Below are positions 27,902 through 36,461 of a stretch of 64,000 nucleotides of DNA, piece by piece (position 1 is the first letter of the stretch; each line of letters begins with the position of its first letter). Source of the DNA: Thermoanaerobaculia bacterium (GTDB lineage Bacteria > Acidobacteriota > Thermoanaerobaculia > Multivoradales > UBA5704). Under the pieces are notes generated by a model. It saw nothing but the letters and a program-made list of their open reading frames with translations. It searched no databases and was not told the DNA's origin. Where the stretch lies: positions 1 through 64,000 of the forward strand of contig JBGAGQ010000013.1 in the NCBI GenBank assembly GCA_044226625.1. Reading direction: 5' to 3'. The position numbers and the translations under genes are program-made.

Positions 27902-29025
27902 GCGGCGGTTTCCGCGGTGGCCTCGGGGTCCGGCGCCGACTCCGCCGTTTCCGTCCCTTGTTCTTCGGTCGACAGGGTCTTGTCGTCCGTCGGAACCGCC
28001 CCGCCGCGCCGGACGCCATACTTGAGCTCCAGCGCGACCAAGGCCGGGACGCCGAGGGCAAGGATGCTCCCGTAGTGCAGGCCGCGGGAGAGCAGCGTCG
28101 CGGCGGCGGCCTCGCCCGGGGCGACTCCGAGCGCTCCGAACAACGCGACCATGGCGGCTTCGGTCGTCCCCGCTCCGCCGGGTGTTCCCGTCAGCATGCC
28201 GGCGGACGCGCCGAGAGCGACGACCGCGAGCACCACGACGAAGCTCTCCGCCCGGCCGAGCGCCGCGAAGACCAGCCATTGGGCGAGAGCGGAGATCAGG
28301 AAGAATCCGATGCCGAGGAGGAGCGCGGGTAGCCGGAGGCGCCGTTCGGCGACCAGGGTCTCGAGCGTGCGGGCAGCCTCATGGCCGTGGCCGTACATCG
28401 AACCGCCGCGGCCTGCCGTACGCTCGGCGCGTCGGGCGAAGAAGCTGCCGAGCGAGCCCCTTCCGGCCCATGTGACCGCGGCCACGGCGAGGCCCGCGAG
28501 CAAGGCGTAGGCGACGACCGCGGCCGCGCCGAGGCCGGGACGCCCGAGCAGCCAGGCGACCAGGACGAGGGCGAACCCGGTCCAAGAGGTCATCACCACA
28601 TAGTGGGCGAGCTGGTCGTAGAGGATGACCCCGTAGAGCGGCGCGAGCGGCTTGCCGAGCGACCGGGCGATGTAGCGGGCGCGAACCAGGCCTCCGACCA
28701 CCCGGGCGGAGGGGGTGATCAGGTTGAGTGCCGCCGAGGCGAGCAGGACGAAGAAGGGAACGCCGATCCGTGGGCTCGTTTGGACCGCGTGGTCGGTCGC
28801 GATCGCGAGCCGGCGGTCCCACAGGAAATACCGACCGATGAGGCAGGCGAGCGCAAGGACCAGCAGCGTGGCGTTGGCGTCCGCCATCCGGTGTCCCAAA
28901 TCGCGCCACGAGAGGCTCGCCACCAACCTCCAGGTAAACCAGAGCGCCGCCGCGAGAAGCAGGAAGCCCGCCGGCCGGCGCAGCCGGGAGAGGTCGGAAC
29001 GGCGAATCGACGCGAGGAGATCCAT
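27898..29025 (-). CDS. Lysylphosphatidylglycerol synthase TM-domain (flippase-like) protein
   Basis: Multi-TM; NLITPSARVVG, TPGGAGTTEA motifs. Confidence 0.85.
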   Translation of the reverse strand: MDLLASIRRSDLSRLRRPAGFLLLAAALWFTWRLVASLSWRDLGHRMADANATLLVLALACLIGRYFLWDRRLAIATDHAVQTSPRIGVPFFVLLASAALNLITPSARVVGGLVRARYIARSLGKPLAPLYGVILYDQLAHYVVMTSWTGFALVLVAWLLGRPGLGAAAVVAYALLAGLAVAAVTWAGRGSLGSFFARRAERTAGRGGSMYGHGHEAARTLETLVAERRLRLPALLLGIGFFLISALAQWLVFAALGRAESFVVVLAVVALGASAGMLTGTPGGAGTTEAAMVALFGALGVAPGEAAAATLLSRGLHYGSILALGVPALVALELKYGVRRGGAVPTDDKTLSTEEQGTETAESAPDPEATAETAA

Positions 29026-29170
29026 GCTTGGGCCTCGACCGCGGCCGTTACTCGCGACTGGCCGAGGCGGGGGCGTGATCATACTGCACGCGCTTGACGC
29101 CCTCCCGCGCTCCGCGGGAAGCTCCCTGGCTCACGCATCCAGCGAGAAGAAGTCAAAGATCGGAGAAACG

Positions 29171-29410
29171 ATGAGCGAACCGGAAAATCCCCTCAAAGTC
29201 ACGGTCGTGCGCAACGGTCCGTTCCGCCTCACGGGCGACGCGATTCAACTGCTCGACCCGGCGGGCAACGCCTACGGCCTCGGCGGGCGGACGGCGATCT
29301 CCCTCTGCCGGTGCGGGCATTCGAGCAACAAGCCGTTCTGCGACGGCTCCCACAATCATCATGGGTTCGAGGACGAGCCCCAGGCTCGCGACCTCCCGCC
29401 GAAAGCCTGA
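29171..29410 (+). CDS. CDGSH iron-sulfur domain protein
   Basis: NGP..LCRCGHSSNKPFCDGSH; GGAG RBS. Confidence 0.93.
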   Translation: MSEPENPLKVTVVRNGPFRLTGDAIQLLDPAGNAYGLGGRTAISLCRCGHSSNKPFCDGSHNHHGFEDEPQARDLPPKA

Positions 29411-29470
29411 TCGCAAACGGGGCCCGAGAAAGACTTGAAGCTCCGCGGCGGATCGTGGCGTTCGAACCGC

Positions 29471-32398
29471 ATGGCTCGGAGGATCGCGGCCGTCGCTTGG
29501 TCTTTCTCCGTCCTGCTCGCCGCCCCGGTGGGTGCACAGGGGCCGGCGGCCGACTGGCGCACGGGGAGCACGGAACACTTTCGAATCCATTACCCGGCGG
29601 CCGCTGAGGCGTGGGCGCTCCGCGCCGCCTCGCGCCTGGAATCGATTCGATCGGCCGTGATCGCCGAGGTCGGGTATGCCCCGCCTCAGACGATCGACGT
29701 CTTCGTCTCCGATCCGGTCGCCGAGCCGAACGGCATGGCGCTGTCGCTGCTCGACAGGCCTCGGATGGTGCTTTGGACCAGCCCGCCGGGTGCAGGTTCC
29801 ATCATCGGCCACTATCGGGATTGGACCGAGCTGCTCGCGATTCACGAGGAGACGCACTTGGTCCACCTGCTCCGGCCGTCGCGCAATCCGTTGCGTCGCA
29901 TGCTGCCGGTGGGACCCTTGGCGCTCTCGGCACCGCGCTGGGTGACGGAAGGGTATGCCACGGTCGTCGAAGGGCGGCTCACCGGTGCCGGCCGGCCGAA
30001 CGGCGACCTGCGCGCGGCGATCCTCCGCCGTTTCGCGGCGGCGGGAAAGCTCCCTTCCTACGATCGCCTCGCGAGCGATCGCGAGGGTTATCTCGGCATG
30101 TCGATGGCTTACCTCGCGGGCTCGGCCTATCTCGAGTGGCTGGAGCACCGCGCGGGACCTGGGAGCCTGAAGAATCTCTGGGCGCGAATGTCGGCCCGCG
30201 AGCCGCGCTCGTTCGACGAGAGCTTCCGGGGCGTCTTCGCGGGGCCGGAGGGGAGCTCGCCGAGCGACTTGTGGGACCGCTTTCGGGCCGAGCTCTCGGC
30301 CCAGGCGATCGAGATCGAACGGCGCCTCGCCCCCCTCCGCGAAGGGGACCTCTGGCAGGACTTGCCGCGTGGCGCCGGGGCGCCCGCCCTTTCGCCGTCC
30401 GGAAAGCTGCTGGCTCTGGCGGTCGAACGACGGCACGAGCCGGGAGAGCTGGCGGTCTTCGAGGTTCAAGGTACGGAAGAGGAAGCCGGGGAACGGAAGA
30501 CCGACGGGGCCAGCGGACGGGAGGGTCTGCGTGATCCGCGCGATCCGGAGGACGTGCCCGCCGTCTCCTACGGTCCGCCGAGGCGGCGGCCGCGGTACCG
30601 GCTGGCGCCTACCGGCGGGCGGGCGCCGTCGATGCCTCGCTTTCTCAGCGAGGACGAGATCCTTTTCGTCCGCTTCGAGCCCGACGGCGAGGGCTTCATC
30701 CACCCCGATCTGTTCGTCTGGACGCTGTCGTCGGGCCGTGTGCGGCGGGTTACGCGGGGAGCCGACCTGCGCGAAGCAGATCCGGTTCTCGACGGCAGGC
30801 GGGCGGTTGCCCTTCGCCACCGGCACGGCTTTTCCCAGATCGTCTGGGTGGATCTTCAAACCGGCACGATTCTGCCGTTGAACGAGCCTTCGGTCGAGGA
30901 GATTTACGACGCCCCCCGCCTGTCTCGGGACGGAGGGCGCCTTGCTTACCTGCGCCATGCGGAGGGCTCCTGGCACCTCGAGGTGCGCGACCTCGCGACC
31001 GGTGCCGAGCGCGAGCTGTCGTGGTCGCCGGCCGACCGTGGGGGAGTGGGCTCCGCCGTGCCCACTTCGCCCGCCTGGAGCGCTGACGGCCGAACGCTCT
31101 ACGCGAGCCTCGGCCGCGATGGGCGAATCGACCTCGTTTCCTTCGATTCGAGCGGAGAATCCGGAGCGAGGGAGATCACCCGCACGGCGGGCGCTGCGTT
31201 CGCTCCTGCGCCGACGCCCGATGGCCGGGCGCTTTTCTACCTGTCGCTCGAACCGCAGGGGCTCGACCTGCGGCGGATCGCCGTTTCGGACGAGGGACAG
31301 GCGCTCGATCCGATCCGTCTCCCTTCCGCCGATCTCGCTCCCGCGGTGCGCCCCGAGCCCGCACCCGCGCCGGTCGACCTGGCCGCGGCTGCCGTGGCCC
31401 CCGGACGCCCTTACGGTCTCGGTCGCCTCGAGTGGCTGCCTCTCTTCGCCGGTTCGCTCGCGACCGCTCCAGGCAACGGTCTCGAACTAGGTATCCGGGC
31501 GGGCGACCCGCTCGGCCGTTGGGAGCTTCTCGCCATGGGCGGGCTCGGCGGCTCGGCGAGCGCGGCCCCCCGCGGGGCAAGCGTCGAGGTGGCCTACCGA
31601 GGCCTGCCGGTCGACATCTCTCTTCGCGGGTTCGACCTCGCCGAAAGGCCCTCGCGAGCGAACGGAGCGGCGTCCGGACGGGGCGCGCTCGACCTCGACC
31701 GTTCGGGGGTCGAGCTGGCTGCTGAGATCGAGCGGCGCTTCGGCGCGCTGCGAGCTCACGTTCGGGCGGGCTTCCGGTCGGAGCGGATCGAGCCCGCCGC
31801 CCTGGAAACGGTGGAGCGTCGCTCGCGCGCCGCCCTTCAAGCGGGGATTTCTCTCGGGCTTTCGCGCGGCAAGCTCCGCTTCCAGCCTCGGCTGTCGCTC
31901 TGGGGGGCGGGCGGCTCCGGGATTCGCTCCCGCGGCGGCTCAGCCGGCTTCTCGGTCCGCCGCGAAGGGTGGGCGCTCGGTCTCGAGGCCCAAAGCGCCC
32001 GGGTGCAAAATGCCGAATTCGATTTCGACCGGTTGCGCGTCGGGGGCGTGCCTGACGGGCTGTCCCCGGATCTGCCCGAGCGGATCGAAGTGCCCGCCCT
32101 CGCGCCCGGCGCGCTCGTCGGCGATCGATATGAGGGTTTGCGATTCGACCTGACGATTCCCGACCTACCGTTCGTCTTGTTGTACGAACGGCATCGAACC
32201 GCGGCCGAGAGCGGCGACTTTACGCCCTGGCTCGACCTCGTCGGGTTCGAGCGGCGCTTCGACTTCGGGCCCTATCCGCTCGCCGGCCTGCCCGCTTTCG
32301 AGGCGCGGGTCGGCGCGGCGCAGATCCTTGACCCTCAGCGACACGGCGAGGAGAGCAGGCGACGGGGTTGGCTGATCCTCGTCTGGCGACCCCGTTGA
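29471..32398 (+). CDS. Secreted protein with HExxH peptidase-like domain, TolB/PD40 propeller and barrel-like C-terminus
   Basis: TEHFRIHY, HEETH..PRWVTEGYA; PALSPSG, PRLSRDG, PAWSADG, PAPTPDG repeats. Confidence 0.75.
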   Translation: MARRIAAVAWSFSVLLAAPVGAQGPAADWRTGSTEHFRIHYPAAAEAWALRAASRLESIRSAVIAEVGYAPPQTIDVFVSDPVAEPNGMALSLLDRPRMVLWTSPPGAGSIIGHYRDWTELLAIHEETHLVHLLRPSRNPLRRMLPVGPLALSAPRWVTEGYATVVEGRLTGAGRPNGDLRAAILRRFAAAGKLPSYDRLASDREGYLGMSMAYLAGSAYLEWLEHRAGPGSLKNLWARMSAREPRSFDESFRGVFAGPEGSSPSDLWDRFRAELSAQAIEIERRLAPLREGDLWQDLPRGAGAPALSPSGKLLALAVERRHEPGELAVFEVQGTEEEAGERKTDGASGREGLRDPRDPEDVPAVSYGPPRRRPRYRLAPTGGRAPSMPRFLSEDEILFVRFEPDGEGFIHPDLFVWTLSSGRVRRVTRGADLREADPVLDGRRAVALRHRHGFSQIVWVDLQTGTILPLNEPSVEEIYDAPRLSRDGGRLAYLRHAEGSWHLEVRDLATGAERELSWSPADRGGVGSAVPTSPAWSADGRTLYASLGRDGRIDLVSFDSSGESGAREITRTAGAAFAPAPTPDGRALFYLSLEPQGLDLRRIAVSDEGQALDPIRLPSADLAPAVRPEPAPAPVDLAAAAVAPGRPYGLGRLEWLPLFAGSLATAPGNGLELGIRAGDPLGRWELLAMGGLGGSASAAPRGASVEVAYRGLPVDISLRGFDLAERPSRANGAASGRGALDLDRSGVELAAEIERRFGALRAHVRAGFRSERIEPAALETVERRSRAALQAGISLGLSRGKLRFQPRLSLWGAGGSGIRSRGGSAGFSVRREGWALGLEAQSARVQNAEFDFDRLRVGGVPDGLSPDLPERIEVPALAPGALVGDRYEGLRFDLTIPDLPFVLLYERHRTAAESGDFTPWLDLVGFERRFDFGPYPLAGLPAFEARVGAAQILDPQRHGEESRRRGWLILVWRPR

Positions 32399-32486
32399 GC
32401 GGGCGGGATCCGAGCCGATAGAGGCACGGGGTTTGCTTGGATGAAATAATGATCCTCGCCAACCCATCGAATTGCGAGAAAGCAGC

Positions 32487-34592
32487 GTGACGACCTCGAC
32501 CGAAAGCGTCGCCCAAGCCACGGCGCCTTTTGCAGCGACGGACAATTGGTTCCGCTCGCTCGCCGAGACCACGGATTTCGCGATCCTGGTATACCGGGAC
32601 GTCTATCTCTACGTGAACCCGGCGACCGAACGGATGACCGGATACTCCGCCTCGGAGCTGGTGGGCCAGCCGGTGACCCTGTTGGTCCATCCCGACTATC
32701 AGGCGGGCGTCCTCGATCGGCTGAAGCGCCGTCTCGCGGGCGAGGACCTCGTGTCGGTCGTCGAGCTGAAGGTCATCCGGAAAGACGGCACCGAGCGATG
32801 GATGCAGGTCAACGCGACCCGCGTCGAAATGGTCGATGGATCGGCGGGTCTGCTCTCGGCGATCGACATCACCGACCGGAAACAGACGGAGCTCGCCTTG
32901 CGCGAAAACCAGGCCCGCCTGGAGCTCGAGCGCGAGCGCGCCGAGGTCACCCTGGCCTCGATCGGCGACGGCGTGATCCGAACCGACAAAGAGGGACGCA
33001 TCGACTACCTGAACCCGGTCGCCGAGAACCTCACCGGTTGGAAGCTCGCCGAGGCGCTCGGCCAACCGGCGTTGCGCATCCTCCAACTGGTCGACGAGCG
33101 CGGCCGCCCGATCGGATTCGATCCGATCGCGACCTGCCTCTCGGAAGGGCGCACGATCGAGCTGCCGATCAGCGCGACGCTGGTCCGGCGCGATGGCGTC
33201 GAGTTCGCGGTTCAGGACTCGGTGGCGCCGATCCTCGATTCCACCAGCGAGATCTGCGGCACGGTCCTCGTGATCAAGGACGTCACGCGGATTCGCCGCC
33301 TGGAGCGCGAGATGAGCTATCTCGCGCGCCACGACGGTCTGACCGGCCTGATTAACCGGCGCGAATTCGAGGAGAGGATGGACGCGTGCGTGGCGACCGC
33401 GGCCCAGGAAGGGCGCCGCCATGCGCTGCTATACCTCGACCTCGACGAGTTCAAGCTGGTCAACGATACGGCCGGCCATCTCGCGGGGGACGAGCTACTG
33501 CGCCAGCTCGCCACGTTGCTCCGGGCGCGCATCCGTCCGAACGACATCCTGGCGAGACTCGGCGGCGATGAGTTCGGCATCCTGCTGGAAGATGCCGACC
33601 TCGATCGCGCACGGCGCATCGCCGACGAGGTCTGCCTCGCGGTCCGCTCTTTTCGGTTCGCCTGGCAGGACCGGGTCTTTCAGGTCGGGATCTCGATCGG
33701 CTTGGTGCCGATCAGCGTCGGTCCGCTCGACCGGGTCCAGCTGCTCGCCGCGGCCGACGCGGCCTGTTACGTGGCGAAAGAAGCGGGCCGCGGCCGGGTG
33801 CACGAGTATCAAGAAGACGACGCCGCGCTGGTCGAGCGCTACGGCGCCATGCAGTGGGTCCATCGCATCCAGCAGGCGCTCGACGAAAATCGCTTCTTCC
33901 TCATCCGGCAGGAGATCCGCCCGCTCCGGCCACGGGATGGCGAGCCCGAGATGTCCGAGATTTTCATTCGGATGCTCGACGAAGACGGTCAGCTCGCCCT
34001 TCCCGGCTCGTTCATACCAGCGGCGGAACGCTACCGTCTGATTTCGCGCATCGATCGGTGGGTGGTCGAAAACGCGTTTCAAAAGCTGGTCGAGACCCAG
34101 CGCTCGAGCACGAAAAAGCTCCTCTGGGCGATCAATCTCTCGGGTCGCTCGCTCGATGAGGAGGGCTTCCTCGTCGACGTCGTCGAACAGCTCGACCGAA
34201 GTGGGGTTCCGCCGGAGAGCATTCTGTTCGAGATCACGGAAACCGCCGCCGTCGCCAACTTGAGCCGCGCGCAGGAGTTCATCCGCACGCTCAAGGAGCG
34301 CGGCTGCCGGTTCGTGCTCGACGACTTCGGCACCGGCCTTTCTTCGTTCGCCTACCTGAAGAATCTGGACGTCGATTTCCTGAAGATCGACGGTGGCTTC
34401 GTCCGCGACGTCAACGAGAGCTCGATCCAACGAGCCTTGGTCGAGTCGATCCATCAGATCGGCCAGTTGCTGGGCATCGCCACGATCGCGGAGTCGACCG
34501 AAACCGACGAGATCCTCGCGACCCTCGCACAGATCGGCGTAGACTACGTGCAAGGCTACGGAGTGGCACGTCCCGAGCCTCTCGATCCGTAA
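32487..34592 (+). CDS. PAS-PAS-GGDEF-EAL diguanylate cyclase/phosphodiesterase
   Basis: Two PAS/PAC domains; RPND I-site, RLGGDEF; EIF variant, EITET, DDFGTG, KIDG, QGY; start uncertain (32472 or 32487). Confidence 0.95.
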   Translation: MTTSTESVAQATAPFAATDNWFRSLAETTDFAILVYRDVYLYVNPATERMTGYSASELVGQPVTLLVHPDYQAGVLDRLKRRLAGEDLVSVVELKVIRKDGTERWMQVNATRVEMVDGSAGLLSAIDITDRKQTELALRENQARLELERERAEVTLASIGDGVIRTDKEGRIDYLNPVAENLTGWKLAEALGQPALRILQLVDERGRPIGFDPIATCLSEGRTIELPISATLVRRDGVEFAVQDSVAPILDSTSEICGTVLVIKDVTRIRRLEREMSYLARHDGLTGLINRREFEERMDACVATAAQEGRRHALLYLDLDEFKLVNDTAGHLAGDELLRQLATLLRARIRPNDILARLGGDEFGILLEDADLDRARRIADEVCLAVRSFRFAWQDRVFQVGISIGLVPISVGPLDRVQLLAAADAACYVAKEAGRGRVHEYQEDDAALVERYGAMQWVHRIQQALDENRFFLIRQEIRPLRPRDGEPEMSEIFIRMLDEDGQLALPGSFIPAAERYRLISRIDRWVVENAFQKLVETQRSSTKKLLWAINLSGRSLDEEGFLVDVVEQLDRSGVPPESILFEITETAAVANLSRAQEFIRTLKERGCRFVLDDFGTGLSSFAYLKNLDVDFLKIDGGFVRDVNESSIQRALVESIHQIGQLLGIATIAESTETDEILATLAQIGVDYVQGYGVARPEPLDP

Positions 34593-34630
34593 ACCCTTGA
34601 ACCGTCGTAACCTTGAGATCCGAGGTGAAC

Positions 34631-34840
34631 ATGAGCACGTCCGTAGCCAAGGTCATCGAAATTTCCGCCGAGCACCCCGACAGCTTCGAAGCCGCCGTCC
34701 AGGAAGGGATCAAGCGGGCCGGCAAGACTCTCAAGAACATGAAGAGCGCCTGGATCGCCGAGCAGCACGTCCACATCGAGAAGGGCAAGGTGGTCGGGTA
34801 TCGGGTCACTATGCGCGTCACCTTCGTCCTGAACGACTAA
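34631..34840 (+). CDS. Dodecin family protein
   Basis: SVAKVIEISA..SFEAAVQEGIKRA..YRVTMRVTFVL; GAGG RBS. Confidence 0.92.
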   Translation: MSTSVAKVIEISAEHPDSFEAAVQEGIKRAGKTLKNMKSAWIAEQHVHIEKGKVVGYRVTMRVTFVLND

Positions 34841-34896
34841 TTTCCCCACCATCCGTGCCGGCCGGTGCGTCGTAGGATCTCTTCGGAGATCCCGCG

Positions 34897-36348
34897 ATGC
34901 CCGAAACTTCCCTCGCCCCGGTCGCGCTCGGCCTTGGCGCGCTCCTTGGGGCCGCGCTCGGCCACTACGCCCTTTGGCGCGCCGCCTTGCGCCTGCCGCT
35001 CGCGATCGCTCGGCGGAAAGGCGCGCCACCGGGCGCGCACCTGCTTTGGCAACACCGCCTCGGTCTCGCATTGCTGCCGGCGAAGCTCGCGCTCTGGCTT
35101 TTCGCGCTGGTCTTCGCCCTCGACCGCTTTCCCGGTCTCGCCGACGTCCGTCGGCAGTGCTTCGATCTGGTCACGCAGAGCTTCGCTCGCCCGCTCTTCG
35201 CGATCGAAAAGCAGACCTTCTCGGCAGCCGACCTGGTCATGCTGCCGCTCGCCCTGGGAGCGCTCTGGCTGGTGGTGGGCGGGGTCACGTGGCTCTTTCG
35301 GTCGTATCTGTTGCGGCCGTTCCGCTTCGAAATCTCAGTCGAGGAGAGCTTCGCGAGCCTGCTGCGCTACGCCTTGCTGTTCGTCGGCGGGTTGGTCGTG
35401 CTCCAGGTCTGGGGTCTCGATGCGCGGACGCTCGCGATCGTCGGCAGCGTCCTCGGCATCGGCCTGGGCTTCGGCCTGCAGAACATTGCGAACAATTTCG
35501 TTTCCGGTCTCTTGATCGGTCTGGAAAGGCCGATCAAGAGCGGCGACTTCGTGGAGGTCGGCAAGTTCTCCGGGACGGTCGAGCGGATCGGCGCGCGGAG
35601 CGCGGTCGTCCGCACGACCGACCGGGTGAGCATTCTGGTCCCCAACTCCCGCTTCCTCGAGACCGAGGTGGTCAACTGGAGTCACGGCGACCCGGTCTCG
35701 CGTCTGCGCGTTCCGGTGCCCGCGGCGTACGGCAGCCCGATCGGCAAAGTACGCACGACGCTTCTCGGTGTCGCCCGGAAGCATCCCGACGTGCTCGACG
35801 ATCCGGCACCGACGGTCCAGCTAGCCGCGTTCGGTGACAGCGCGCTTCATTTCGACCTGCTGGTCTGGACCCGCGATCCGCGCGAGCAGAGCAACTTGAA
35901 AAGCGATCTCAACTTCGGGATCGAGAGCGCTTTTCGCCGCGAAGGGATCGAAATGCCCTTGCCGCAGCGGGTCGTCCATCAAGCCCCCTCACCGGAGGCC
36001 GTCTCACGCCCCGCCTCGGCGTTCGAATCGGAAGCCGCTCTCGATCACGAGGGGCGATCTTGGACGGACGAGGAGCTTGCTTCCCTCTCGGAACGTATGC
36101 GCGGCGAGGGAGGGCTTGCCATCGAAGACCGTCGCTACCTGTGGAACGTCTATCCTCGCTGTTTCACCGGCCGCGACGCGGTCGACTGGCTGGTCCGCAA
36201 CGAGGGGACGAGCCGTCGCGAGGCCCTGCGCGTGGGTCGCTTGCTGGTCGAGCGCGGCCTCCTTCATCACGTCCTCGACGAGCACCCTTTCGAGGACGCG
36301 AGCTACTTCTATCGGTTCTTTCGCGATGAGGAGGGTGGGGACGGTTAG
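34897..36348 (+). CDS. MscS mechanosensitive channel with C-terminal DEP domain
   Basis: GLGFGLQNIANNFVSG..ERPIKSGD..LVPNS..VVNWS; C-terminal IEDRRY..YPRCFTGRDAVDWL..HHVLDEHPFED..FYRF. Confidence 0.9.
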   Translation: MPETSLAPVALGLGALLGAALGHYALWRAALRLPLAIARRKGAPPGAHLLWQHRLGLALLPAKLALWLFALVFALDRFPGLADVRRQCFDLVTQSFARPLFAIEKQTFSAADLVMLPLALGALWLVVGGVTWLFRSYLLRPFRFEISVEESFASLLRYALLFVGGLVVLQVWGLDARTLAIVGSVLGIGLGFGLQNIANNFVSGLLIGLERPIKSGDFVEVGKFSGTVERIGARSAVVRTTDRVSILVPNSRFLETEVVNWSHGDPVSRLRVPVPAAYGSPIGKVRTTLLGVARKHPDVLDDPAPTVQLAAFGDSALHFDLLVWTRDPREQSNLKSDLNFGIESAFRREGIEMPLPQRVVHQAPSPEAVSRPASAFESEAALDHEGRSWTDEELASLSERMRGEGGLAIEDRRYLWNVYPRCFTGRDAVDWLVRNEGTSRREALRVGRLLVERGLLHHVLDEHPFEDASYFYRFFRDEEGGDG

Positions 36349-36461
36349 GAATGGAATGGACGCCGACCCTCTAGGGGGTCGTTCCGCGATGACTGTCGCC
36401 CTTCGGACGTAGACTCGCTCGAACGCTCCGCGGCCTCCGCCGCCCGAAGGGAACCTCGCCC

